DNA of 64,000 bases from Rhodocyclaceae bacterium (lineage in GTDB: Bacteria; Pseudomonadota; Gammaproteobacteria; Burkholderiales; Rhodocyclaceae): NCBI GenBank assembly GCA_025353195.1, contig JANXRC010000146.1, forward strand, positions 998 through 64,997, in the 5' to 3' direction. The position numbers were made by a program, and so were the translations under genes. The notes below the pieces were generated by a model. The model worked only from the letters and a program-made list of their open reading frames with translations. It was not told the DNA's origin and did no database searches. Below, in pieces: positions 32,485 through 44,277 of this stretch; position 1 is the stretch's first letter; each line of letters begins with the position of its first letter.

Positions 32485-32493
32485 TGCTAGAAT
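32485..32493 (+). promoter_or_regulatory. Extended -10 promoter for lpxC
   Basis: TGcTAGAAT 36 nt upstream of the lpxC ATG. Confidence 0.6.
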
Positions 32494-32529
32494 TATTGCT
32501 TCGCATCATTCCATTTACGTCGCTGCCCG

Positions 32530-33444
32530 ATGCTTCGCCAACGCACCCTCAAATCAGTCGTCAAGGCCACCGGCGTGGGTCTCCACTCCGGCGTCAAGGT
32601 GTCGCTCATGCTGCGCCCGGCTCAGCCCAACACGGGTGTGGTGTTTCGCCGCGTTGATCTGGCGCCACCGGTCGATCTAAAGGCAGACCCGTTCCGCGTC
32701 GGCGACACCCGGCTGGCGTCCTGTCTGGAACAGGACGGCGTCAAGGTAGCTACGGTCGAGCACCTGATGTCGGCGCTGGCGGGACTCGGCATCGACAATA
32801 TCTATGTTGATGTCGATGCGGCCGAGTTGCCGATCATGGATGGATCAGCCGCACCTTTCGTGTTTTTGCTCCAGTCGGCCGGCATCGAGGAACAGAACGC
32901 CGCCAAGAAATTCCTTCGCGTGACGAAAACCGTGGAGGTCAAGGAGGGCGACAAATGGGCCAAGTTGTCGCCCTACGACGGATTCAGCCTCGACTTTGCC
33001 ATAGTCTTCAACCACCCGGCCGTAGACCGCGCCGCCTCGCGTGCGCACATTGATTTTGCCGATCAGTCCTACTTGCGTGAAGTGGCCCGCGCCCGCACCT
33101 TCGGTTTCATGCAGGATGTCGAGACCCTGCGTGACGAGGGTTTGGCGCTGGGCGGCAGCCTGGAAAACGCCATCGTTATGGATGAGTACCGGGTCTTGAA
33201 CAGCGACGGACTGCGTTACGCGGACGAATTCGTCAAGCACAAGATCCTCGATGCCATCGGCGATCTCTATCTGGCCGGACATCCCCTGCTGGGGGCATTT
33301 TCGGCCCACAAGTCGGGCCACGCGCTGAACAATCTGCTGTTGCGCAAGCTGCTTGCCGATGCCTCCGCCTGGGAACTGGTCAGTTTCCAGCGCGCCGAGG
33401 AAGCGCCGGGAACCATCGCCCGGCTGTATCCCAAACTCGCCTAG
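32530..33444 (+). CDS. lpxC: UDP-3-O-acyl-GlcNAc deacetylase
   Basis: QRTLK..V...[36 protein letters not shown]. Confidence 0.99.
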   Translation: MLRQRTLKSVVKATGVGLHSGVKVSLMLRPAQPNTGVVFRRVDLAPPVDLKADPFRVGDTRLASCLEQDGVKVATVEHLMSALAGLGIDNIYVDVDAAELPIMDGSAAPFVFLLQSAGIEEQNAAKKFLRVTKTVEVKEGDKWAKLSPYDGFSLDFAIVFNHPAVDRAASRAHIDFADQSYLREVARARTFGFMQDVETLRDEGLALGGSLENAIVMDEYRVLNSDGLRYADEFVKHKILDAIGDLYLAGHPLLGAFSAHKSGHALNNLLLRKLLADASAWELVSFQRAEEAPGTIARLYPKLA

Positions 33445-33453
33445 ACCTGAAGC

Positions 33454-33636
33454 ATGCTGCTGCTCAGGATCGTCGGCGTACTCACGGCGATCACCATTGG
33501 CAGCGGGATCGTTGCCTGGCTGTTCACCCGTGACCGGCGCTACCTCGTCCTGTCAGGCCGCGTCGCCAAGGCTGCCTTGATCTTCTCGCTGATTGTTCTG
33601 GTACTGATGGCAGCCGAGCGCCTGATCATTCTTTGA
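33454..33636 (+). CDS. Small two-TM hypothetical protein (60 aa)
   Basis: Two hydrophobic helices around a basic loop (TRDRRY); typical codon usage; 9 nt after lpxC. Confidence 0.7.
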   Translation: MLLLRIVGVLTAITIGSGIVAWLFTRDRRYLVLSGRVAKAALIFSLIVLVLMAAERLIIL

Positions 33637-34063
33637 CACTGCGCAAGAGGCGTTCCAGCGCGTTCTTGAGGGGCGACTCGTTGGGTAGCCCCTGCGCCAG
33701 TGCAGTGAGTCCTTGCTTCTGTTTGACACCCGGCGGAGTGGGCCTTTCGCGTTGAGGTTGCGGCGGAGACGGGTTACGGGCTTGCACTCGGACCTCGATT
33801 TGAGTAACCTTCACCTCCTTGTTTGATAAATCGTCGGCGAGACGCGGTCCGAATTGACGGATCTTCGCCGCGACTGCGCCGTTGGCGGCGTGGATAAAAA
33901 GTTTCCCCAGGCGGAAGTTGGCTACCCGGGCATGAGGCCTTAGCGCCTCCGGCAAAGCGGCTTCCAGAAGGCGCTGGAATTGGAGTAGACGTTGGGCGTG
34001 GGCCGCAAGCCGCGCCATGCTGTCACCGGAGGCAAGGTGTTCCTGGAGACTGCGCGATGTCAT
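33626..34063 (-). CDS. dciA: DciA (DUF721) replicative-helicase loader-like protein
   Basis: AANGAVAAKIRQ motif, IEVRVQ, C-terminal LKNALERLL; conserved position between lpxC and secA. Confidence 0.8.
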   Translation of the reverse strand: MTSRSLQEHLASGDSMARLAAHAQRLLQFQRLLEAALPEALRPHARVANFRLGKLFIHAANGAVAAKIRQFGPRLADDLSNKEVKVTQIEVRVQARNPSPPQPQRERPTPPGVKQKQGLTALAQGLPNESPLKNALERLLRSVKE

Positions 34064-34091
34064 CAAAAACGAACCTGAAGGGAGGGAAGGG

Positions 34092-35039
34092 ATGCATATT
34101 ATTCTCGTCTCTGACCGGCTGGCAACCGCAAGAAGCATTACGCTGACCTGGCGCCATGCGTTTCTTTTTGCGGGGGCGCTGTTTAGCTCGGTCCTTGTGC
34201 TGTCATCGCTGTTTTCCTATGTCACCGTCCGCCACGCCGCAGAAATCCGCCTGCCCTTCCTGCAGGATCTGGTGCGCGCGGTGAATGCCGAAGAAACCCG
34301 GCGTTCCAAGGACTTTGTCCGCGAAAACCTCAATGCCATGGCGGTCAAGCTGGGCGAGATGCAGGCGCAACTGATGCGCCTCGACACCATAGGCGAGCGG
34401 CTCGCAGGTATGGCCGGTGTCAAGCCCCAGGACCTCAAGGCGTTCGAGTCGAAAGCCGATGGTCGTGGCGGGCCGCTGGTGCTGCCTGAGGCGATGTCTT
34501 CAACCGAACTGCAGCGTGCGGTCGACGACCTGGCGCATCAGGTCGAAGCGAAATCCGACGCGATTTCCATGATTGAGTCCCAGATGCTGGAGGACCGGAT
34601 CAGAAAGAACCTGCTTCCCACCAGCCTGCCGGTCGAGGCGCAATGGAACGCTTCAAGCTATGGCTGGCGCGTCGATCCCTTCACCGGTGAACGGGCGATG
34701 CACGAGGGTGTCGATTTCGTGGCGACTCCCGGTACCAGTATTCATGCTGCGGCAGCCGGAGTGGTGATCAGCGCCGAGCGCCATCCTGACTATGGAAACA
34801 TGGTGGAAATTGACCACGGCAAGGACTTGACCACGCGCTACGCCCATACCTCAAGGATCCTGGTCAAGGTGGGGCAGCTGGTCAAACGCGGTCAGAAGAT
34901 CGCCGAGGTGGGTTCTACCGGACGTTCCACCGGGCCGCACCTGCATTTTGAAGTACGCATCCACGGTCTGGCGCAAAATCCGGATCGCTTCCTGCGCATG
35001 GCGCAGGCGACCCAGCGGCCGATCGCACAGCGCAACTGA
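34092..35039 (+). CDS. M23 family metallopeptidase
   Basis: N-terminal TM helix and coiled coil; HEGVDF (HxxxD), YAH, STGPHLHFEV. Confidence 0.93.
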   Translation: MHIILVSDRLATARSITLTWRHAFLFAGALFSSVLVLSSLFSYVTVRHAAEIRLPFLQDLVRAVNAEETRRSKDFVRENLNAMAVKLGEMQAQLMRLDTIGERLAGMAGVKPQDLKAFESKADGRGGPLVLPEAMSSTELQRAVDDLAHQVEAKSDAISMIESQMLEDRIRKNLLPTSLPVEAQWNASSYGWRVDPFTGERAMHEGVDFVATPGTSIHAAAAGVVISAERHPDYGNMVEIDHGKDLTTRYAHTSRILVKVGQLVKRGQKIAEVGSTGRSTGPHLHFEVRIHGLAQNPDRFLRMAQATQRPIAQRN

Positions 35040-35052
35040 GCCACCGAGTGCC

Positions 35053-35084
35053 CGGGGAGGGCCGTCCTCCCCGCGTGCTAAAAT
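35053..35084 (+). promoter_or_regulatory. Hairpin followed by an extended -10 promoter for secA
   Basis: CGGGGAGG-GCCGT-CCTCCCCG, then TGcTAAAAT (35076-35084). Confidence 0.55.
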
Positions 35085-35126
35085 TGCCGCTTTGCTTTTC
35101 CCGCCCAATATGCGGTCGAGCACCCC

Positions 35127-35186
35127 ATGATCACCGGTTTTAGCTCCAGCGTAACGCCCGCTTGCGCAGGCATTGGCTTGCTCTGA
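35127..35186 (+). other. Candidate 19-codon uORF in frame with secA (MITGFSSSVTPACAGIGLL)
   Basis: ATG 35127 to TGA 35184-35186; begins with the same MITGF as SecA. Translation is not demonstrated. Confidence 0.4.
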
Positions 35187-35210
35187 AGCCCGTTTCTGAA
35201 CGACAAAAAT

Positions 35211-37937
<2,727 letters not shown>

Positions 37938-37938
37938 G

Positions 37939-39063
37939 GTGAGCCAGGAGCAGTGCCCGACCCTGACCGAGGATGCAAGCAGTCGCAATGCGGCCGTCTT
38001 CATCCTCGACCAGACGCGGCTGCCGCGCGAAGCGGTCATGCTGCGGCTGACCACAATGGAAGACGCAGCCCATGCCATTCGCGTCATGCAGGTGCGCGGC
38101 GCGCCCCTGATCGGCGCCACGGCAGCCTATGGTGTCGCGCTCGGCCTGGCGGACGATGTCAGCGATGCGCGCTTGCAGCATGTGATCGAAACGCTTGCCG
38201 CGACACGACCGACTGCCGTCAATCTGCATTGGGCGCTGGCGCGCATGCGTCGCGTGCTCCAAGAGTCGGCACTGGCGACACGGCGGGACATGGCCTGGCA
38301 GGAAGCGCGTGCCATCGCCGAGGAAGACAAAGAGGCAAACGCCGCAATTGGAAAGCACGGACTGCCCCTGATCGAGCGCATGCGGGACGCGAAGGTTCGG
38401 TCCAACCATTCCCTTGCGCAGGAAGGGCTGACTTCATCGCCTCCCCCGCTTGGCGGGGGAGGTCGGGAGGGGGTGCGCAGTTATTGTGACGGTGACGCAG
38501 TCAACGTCATGACCCACTGCAATGCCGGCCGTCTGGCGACCGTCGCGCATGGCACGGCCCTGGCGCCGGTCTATGCCGCGCATGGCGCCGGCTTGCCGGT
38601 GCACGTCTGGGTTTCCGAAACGCGACCGCGCAACCAGGGGCTGCTGACTGCCTGGGAACTGCGCGAGGCGGGCGTGCCGCATACGTTGCTGGCGGACAAT
38701 GCCGCCGGCCTGCTGTTGATGCAGGGCCAGGTCGATCTGGTGATCGTCGGCGCCGATCGCATTGCCGCCAACGGCGACACGGCGAACAAAGTCGGCACCT
38801 ATCTCAAGGCGCTTGCGGCGCGCGAGCATGGCGTGCCGTTTTATGTCGCCGCGCCAGTGTCGACCATCGATTTTGCCTGTTCCTCGGGGTCCGCGATCCC
38901 GATTGAAGAACGCGCTGCAGAGGAATTCGGTGCTTCAGTTGCCAACATGGATACGCCGGTGGTCAATCCGGCTTTCGACGTGACGCCGGCAGCTCTTGTC
39001 AGCGGTATCATTTCCGAGCGCGGCATCGCTTTGCCCGGCGCGCTGAGAAAGTGGAACTCATGA
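37939..39063 (+). CDS. mtnA: Methylthioribose-1-phosphate isomerase, with an internal ~30-aa insert
   Basis: VRGAPLIG, TRPTAVNL, THCNAG, ETRPRNQG, GADRIAANGDTANKVGTY, NPAFDVTP. Confidence 0.95.
   Translation: MSQEQCPTLTEDASSRNAAVFILDQTRLPREAVMLRLTTMEDAAHAIRVMQVRGAPLIGATAAYGVALGLADDVSDARLQHVIETLAATRPTAVNLHWALARMRRVLQESALATRRDMAWQEARAIAEEDKEANAAIGKHGLPLIERMRDAKVRSNHSLAQEGLTSSPPPLGGGGREGVRSYCDGDAVNVMTHCNAGRLATVAHGTALAPVYAAHGAGLPVHVWVSETRPRNQGLLTAWELREAGVPHTLLADNAAGLLLMQGQVDLVIVGADRIAANGDTANKVGTYLKALAAREHGVPFYVAAPVSTIDFACSSGSAIPIEERAAEEFGASVANMDTPVVNPAFDVTPAALVSGIISERGIALPGALRKWNS
38437..38477. repeat. Intragenic palindromic element in mtnA
   Basis: TCG-CCTCCCCCGC-TTG-GCGGGGGAGG-TCGGGAGGGGGTGCG: perfect 10-bp stem. 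Confidence 0.75.
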
Positions 39064-39716
39064 ATGCGATGACGGATGATCTTGCGGCCAAGGTACTTGC
39101 CACGGCACGGGCAATGAATGCCAGTGGCATCAATCGCGGCAGCGCCGGCAATGTCAGCGTGCGCTGTGAAGACGGCTTCATCATCACGCCGACCGGCATG
39201 GCCTACGAGGCCTGCAGCGCGGCGGACATGGTGAGAGTCGGCGCCGACGGTACGGCGGCGGGCCGCCGCAAGCCCTCCTCGGAATGGCGTTTCCATCGCG
39301 ACATCTATGCCGCACGGCCCGAGGCGGGTGCAGTGGTGCATACGCATTCGCCGTTCGCTACCGCGCTGGCCTGTCAGGAGCAGGGTGTGCCGGCTTTCCA
39401 TTACATGGTGGCGCGCTTCGGCGGTGCGGATGTACGCTGTGCGGCTTACGCCACCTTCGGCACCCAGGAACTGTCCGACGCCATGATCGGCGCGCTGGAC
39501 GGCCGTTGCGCGTGCCTGATGGCGCATCACGGCATGGTGGTGTTCGGTCGCGACGCGGACCACGCACTGGAACTGGCAGTGGAACTGGAAACCTTGTGCG
39601 AGCAATATTGGCGCGTGCTGCAACTGGGCGCGCCCAGGCTGCTGTCCGCCGCGGAAATGACGCGGGTGATGGCCAGGTTCGCGACCTATGGACAACAAGG
39701 CAGCCAGCCAGGCTGA
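39060..39716 (+). CDS. Class II aldolase, FucA-like (probable Ald2-type methylthioribulose-1-P aldolase)
   Basis: GSAGNVS, ITPTG, KPSSEWRFH, HTHS and AHHG zinc ligands; ATGA overlap with mtnA. Confidence 0.85.
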   Translation: MNAMTDDLAAKVLATARAMNASGINRGSAGNVSVRCEDGFIITPTGMAYEACSAADMVRVGADGTAAGRRKPSSEWRFHRDIYAARPEAGAVVHTHSPFATALACQEQGVPAFHYMVARFGGADVRCAAYATFGTQELSDAMIGALDGRCACLMAHHGMVVFGRDADHALELAVELETLCEQYWRVLQLGAPRLLSAAEMTRVMARFATYGQQGSQPG

Positions 39717-39835
39717 TCGCGGCCGGATCACCGGCGCCCCGCGCTCTGCGCTGGCGCAACAAACGGCGGGACACCGGCGCGGCGAGCCGATGGCGAAGGA
39801 CGTCTTTGCTGCTATCCTGAGAGCTATGACTTTCG

Positions 39836-42800
39836 TTGGTTAATCAGGTGAACGCACTTTCCCTGAAATCCATTCTGACGTCCGATGTGGTGGCTTGCGG
39901 CACGGCGGAGCCGCTGGGCGAAGTGTTGCGCACCATGGAGGGCAAGCGGATCAGTTGCGTCGTCGTCGTGGATCAGGAGCGGCGTCCCTGCGGCATTTTC
40001 ACCGAGCGCGATGTCCTGACTCTGCTTGCCGAAGATGCGATCTCTCCGGCCAGTCCCGTTTGCGAGGTGATGAGCCGCCCGGTGGTGACCTTGCCGCTAT
40101 CGGCGGATCCCCGCGATGCGTACGGACACATGCTGGCCAACGATGTGCACCACCTGGTGGTCGTGGATAGCGGGGGCCAGGTGGCGGGAGTGATATCCGA
40201 AGCGGATTTTCTCGCGGATCTCGGGGACGAATACCTGATTGAAGCGAAGACTGTTGGTGCCGCGATGACGCGGGAAGTCCATACGCTGGACAGTGGCGCA
40301 GCGCTGATCGAGGCACTGCGTCTGATGCACAAGTGCAGCAGCGACCACGTGGTGGTGACCGAAGCCAATGTTGCGGTGGGCATGGTGACCGACCGCGATG
40401 TGGTGCGCTTCGCCGCGGGCGGCAAGCGCCTGCAGACGCCGCTGGCCGATCTGGTGGTGCGCACGGTGCACTTCACCGCGCCCGATCAGACGCTGGAGCA
40501 GGCGGCGCGGCGCATGGCCGACCTCGGCGTGCGCCGCCTGCTGGTGATCGAACGGGACCGCATGCTCGGGGTGGTGACGCGTCACGACATCGTGCGCACG
40601 ATGCAGGGTCGCCACGCCGAGTTTCTGCGCGATTCGATTGCCCGCCTCCGTCGCGAGCTGCTCAGGCCCGGCGTGCGCCACGGCGAGTTCGGCCGCCACA
40701 TGATTCTGGGCGGCGTGCTCGACCGCATAGGCGACGGCGTCTTTCTGGTGGATGCGGTCAGCGGCGCTTATGTCGAAGCCAATGACCGTGCATGCGAGAT
40801 GCTGGGGCTTTCGCGCGAGGAAGTTCTCGGCCGGCGGGTCTGGGAAATATCCGCCAGCTTTGCCGATGCCGCGGCGTGGGCAGCGTGGAGTTCCGGCTTG
40901 ACTGAACAGGTGCGCGTCGTCAATACCGACTTCCGCTGCCGCGACGGCAGCCTGCTCCCGGTCGAGGTGCGCGTGTACCAGGTGCACGACGGCGAACGCC
41001 TGGTGCATGTGGTCATTTTTCGCGATACTTCGGCCTCACGCAAGATCGAAGCCGCATTGCGCGAGGGCGAACGCTACTACCGGCATGTGATCGACAGCGC
41101 CGTCGACGGCTATTTCGCCATGGATCCCCGGCGCCGCTTCATCGAGGTCAATGACACGCTGTGCGACCTGTTCGGCTATTCACGCGAAGAGTGGCTGGGA
41201 CAAACGCCGATCGGCTTCATCGCCGAGGAAAGTCGGGCCGAGTTGATCGACCAGATGCAGCGCATCGACACTACCGATCGCCGCCGTTACCAGCTGAATG
41301 CCCGGCGCAAGGATGGCACCACCTTTCCCATCCTGCTCAACAATACGACTCATCGCAACGAGAAGGGCGAGATCGTCGGTTCCTTCGGCTTTATCACCGA
41401 TCTCACGCCGATTTTCGAAGCGCAGCGCGCCGTGGCCGAATCCGAGCGAGAACTGAGGGGCATTCTCGACGACCTGCAGGATACCTACTACCGGACCGAC
41501 CAGACCGGCAGCATCGTGCGCGCCTCGCGCTCCGTCGAACAATTGCTCGGCTATACGGTGGAGGAGGTGCTGGGCCGCAAGCTGGCGGATCTTTACTGCT
41601 CGCAGGCCGAGCGCGAGGATTTCCTCGCCCGCATGCAAGCCAACGGCGGCCACATCGTCGGTGGCGAGTCGCGCTTGCGGCACAAGGATGGTCATGAACT
41701 GTGGGTCCGCACCACTGCGCACTTCATTCGCGATGCGGCCGGCAATGTTGTCGGCGTCGAGGGCACCACCCGCGACAACACCCGCCAGCGTCGTGCCGAA
41801 GAGGAACAGCGGCTTGCGGCGAAGGTGTTCGAGAGCAGCGGCGAAGCGATCATGATCACCGACGCCGAGGGCTGCATCGTCTCGGTCAATCAGGCATTTT
41901 CAAGAATTACAGGCTATGCCGCGGCCGATGCCGTCGGCCGCAACGCCAGCATGCTGGCATCAGGCAGACACGGCAGCGAGTTCTTTGGCGACATGTGGCG
42001 CTCCATACTCGACACCGGATATTGGCAGGGCGAGCTATGGAATAGGCGCCGCAGCGGCGAGATATTTCCCGGCTGGCTGGGCATTTCATCGGTACGCGAT
42101 ACGGACGGAAAGATCACGCATTTTGTCGGGATCTTCTCCGACATCAGCGAACGCAAGGCAGTCGAGGCGAAGATCGCCTTTCTCGCCCATCATGATGCGC
42201 TGACCGGCCTGCCGAATCGCCTGCTGCTCAAGGACCGCATGGAGCAGGCCATGGTTCATGGCGAACGCAATGGCAACAAGGTGGCGCTGCTGTTTGTCGA
42301 TCTTGATCGCTTCAAGGCCGTGAACGACTCCTTCGGGCATCCGGTGGGCGATGCGCTGTTGCGTGATGCGGCCCAGCGACTGCTGGCCTGCGTGCGCGAC
42401 TCGGACACCATCAGCCGTCATGGTGGGGATGAATTCCTGGTGGTGCTGACCGATCTGAACAGCTCCGAGGTGCCCGCCCAGATTGCGGGCAAGATCATGG
42501 CGGTATTGGGGCAACCGTTTCATGTTGACGATCACGAAGCCAGGATTTCCGCCTCGGTCGGCATTGCGGTGTATCCGGAGGACGGCACCGGCTTCGACGA
42601 GTTGCTGAAGAAGGCCGACACGGCCATGTACCATGCCAAGCAAGCCGGCCGCAATGCCTTCCGCTTCTATACCCAGCGCATGAACGCCGATGTTCAGGAA
42701 AGGCTTGATCTGCACAGCCGCCTGCGCAGCGCATTGGAGCTCGAAGAGTTCGTGCTGTACTACCAGCCGCTGGTCGATCTGAAGAATGGCCGCATTGTCG

Positions 42801-43471
42801 GTGGCGAAGCACTGCTGCGCTGGAAGAGTCCGGGGCACGGACTGATCGCGCCGGAGAGTTTCATTGCCGCGGCCGAGCACAGCGGCCTGAGTGTGCCGCT
42901 CGGCGAATGGGTGTTGCAGGAAGCCTGCCGCGAGCTTGCGCGCTGGCACGCTGAGGGACACCCGCAGCTCTCGATGGCGGTGAATATATCCGCCATCCAG
43001 TTTCGCCGCGGCGATGTCGAGGAGACGGTGCTGCGAGCACTGGTAGCCTCCGGCGCGACGCCTGCCGCGCTGGAACTCGAACTCACCGAGTCGATCCTGA
43101 TCGACGGCGCCGAGCAAGTGCTGGGGACCATCAGGCGGATACAGGCCCTGGGTGTCCGGCTGGCGATTGACGATTTCGGCACCGGCTATTCCAGCCTCGC
43201 CTACCTCAAGCGCTTCGCCGTGGACAAGTTGAAGATCGACCAGTCTTTCGTGCGCGACATCGAGACCGATCAGGATGACGCGGCAATCGTGCGCGCAGTA
43301 ATCCAAATGGCCCGCAGCCTGGATCTCAAAGTGGTGGCCGAGGGCGTCGAAAGCGAAGCCGTGGCGGAGCAACTGCGTGCCATGCAGTGCGACCTGGTGC
43401 AGGGCTACCATTTCGGCCGGCCCATGCCGGCGGCGGAATTCCGTCTTCTGATCGGCGCGGATTCCGCCTGA
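39836..43471 (+). CDS. CBS x4 - PAS x4 - GGDEF - EAL c-di-GMP enzyme
   Basis: Two CBS pairs; four PAS/PAC repeats; RDSD I-site before an intact GGDEF; EALLRW and IDDFGTGYSSL. Start could be GTG 39848. Confidence 0.92.
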   Translation: MVNQVNALSLKSILTSDVVACGTAEPLGEVLRTMEGKRISCVVVVDQERRPCGIFTERDVLTLLAEDAISPASPVCEVMSRPVVTLPLSADPRDAYGHMLANDVHHLVVVDSGGQVAGVISEADFLADLGDEYLIEAKTVGAAMTREVHTLDSGAALIEALRLMHKCSSDHVVVTEANVAVGMVTDRDVVRFAAGGKRLQTPLADLVVRTVHFTAPDQTLEQAARRMADLGVRRLLVIERDRMLGVVTRHDIVRTMQGRHAEFLRDSIARLRRELLRPGVRHGEFGRHMILGGVLDRIGDGVFLVDAVSGAYVEANDRACEMLGLSREEVLGRRVWEISASFADAAAWAAWSSGLTEQVRVVNTDFRCRDGSLLPVEVRVYQVHDGERLVHVVIFRDTSASRKIEAALREGERYYRHVIDSAVDGYFAMDPRRRFIEVNDTLCDLFGYSREEWLGQTPIGFIAEESRAELIDQMQRIDTTDRRRYQLNARRKDGTTFPILLNNTTHRNEKGEIVGSFGFITDLTPIFEAQRAVAESERELRGILDDLQDTYYRTDQTGSIVRASRSVEQLLGYTVEEVLGRKLADLYCSQAEREDFLARMQANGGHIVGGESRLRHKDGHELWVRTTAHFIRDAAGNVVGVEGTTRDNTRQRRAEEEQRLAAKVFESSGEAIMITDAEGCIVSVNQAFSRITGYAAADAVGRNASMLASGRHGSEFFGDMWRSILDTGYWQGELWNRRRSGEIFPGWLGISSVRDTDGKITHFVGIFSDISERKAVEAKIAFLAHHDALTGLPNRLLLKDRMEQAMVHGERNGNKVALLFVDLDRFKAVNDSFGHPVGDALLRDAAQRLLACVRDSDTISRHGGDEFLVVLTDLNSSEVPAQIAGKIMAVLGQPFHVDDHEARISASVGIAVYPEDGTGFDELLKKADTAMYHAKQAGRNAFRFYTQRMNADVQERLDLHSRLRSALELEEFVLYYQPLVDLKNGRIVGGEALLRWKSPGHGLIAPESFIAAAEHSGLSVPLGEWVLQEACRELARWHAEGHPQLSMAVNISAIQFRRGDVEETVLRALVASGATPAALELELTESILIDGAEQVLGTIRRIQALGVRLAIDDFGTGYSSLAYLKRFAVDKLKIDQSFVRDIETDQDDAAIVRAVIQMARSLDLKVVAEGVESEAVAEQLRAMQCDLVQGYHFGRPMPAAEFRLLIGADSA

Positions 43472-43480
43472 AACAGGCGC

Positions 43481-43981
43481 TTACTTGCAGGCCGCTGCCA
43501 GCCACTTGCCCGAGTAGCTCTGCTTCATGGTGGTCGGACCACGCTTGGCGTCCTGCATGTTGAACGTGGATTCACCCTTGTAGCTTTCCTCGCCCTGGTA
43601 GGTGATCGATCCGGTGCCGGTCATCTTCTGCTCGCCGGTGCATTCGATCTTCCAGGTGGTCGTGTTGCCCGAGGTCTTCACGTCCTTCTGTTCGCAGCGC
43701 TGGCGGCGGTCTTCCTCGCTCTGCGGCGGCTGGCGCTTCTCCGCCTGCTCCTTGGTGACGCAGTGCTTCGCCATGACAACCATCGGGCCGCCTGCGGCAC
43801 CGGGCATCTTGATGCCCATCCCTTCCATCTTCTTGCGCTGGGCGTCGGACATCGCCGGCATCGCCGGCATGCCGCCGCCGCTCATCTGGCTGGTAATTTC
43901 CCACAGTCCGGGCTTCATGGCGTGGGCACTGGCCGCCAGGGTCGCGCCCACGGCAACAACGAAATAAGCGAGTTTGCGCAT
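43481..43981 (-). CDS. DUF3617 family exported protein
   Basis: Signal peptide; MKPGLWEIT; cysteine pattern (KHCVT, RCEQ, IEC, AACK); AAGGAG SD. Confidence 0.8.
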   Translation of the reverse strand: MRKLAYFVVAVGATLAASAHAMKPGLWEITSQMSGGGMPAMPAMSDAQRKKMEGMGIKMPGAAGGPMVVMAKHCVTKEQAEKRQPPQSEEDRRQRCEQKDVKTSGNTTTWKIECTGEQKMTGTGSITYQGEESYKGESTFNMQDAKRGPTTMKQSYSGKWLAAACK

Positions 43982-44277
43982 CAAACACTCCTTGAACACA
44001 AAGTATTGGTGAAGGCCAACGCCGGCATTGCGGGCGTCAGACATAGTGTAACCAAAACATGATCGGGCAATGCCGAATTCTGCCCCGTCCGGCGCCGTGC
44101 GCCAAGTGCTTTGTGGCGGAGGCGCGCTTCGCCTCGTGCCCACCCGCCGGCACGACCTGCCGGACCATGCGCCGGTTTGGTATCGGCTAATATCCTTGCC
44201 GCCGGCCGCCGTGAATGTGTAATGATGGCAGCGCATTGAGAGAACCGGATACTCATACCAAGAGGAGAGTTTGCATC

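Noticed and set aside
35127-35186. SecM homolog or RAGP/RAPP arrest motif upstream of secA
   Set aside because: The uORF has no signal peptide and no such motif; reported only as an uncharacterised uORF.
43982-44277. sigma54 promoter for dctP or DUF3617 (GGCACG half-sites)
   Set aside because: GG-to-GC spacing is 8 or 11 nt rather than the required 10.
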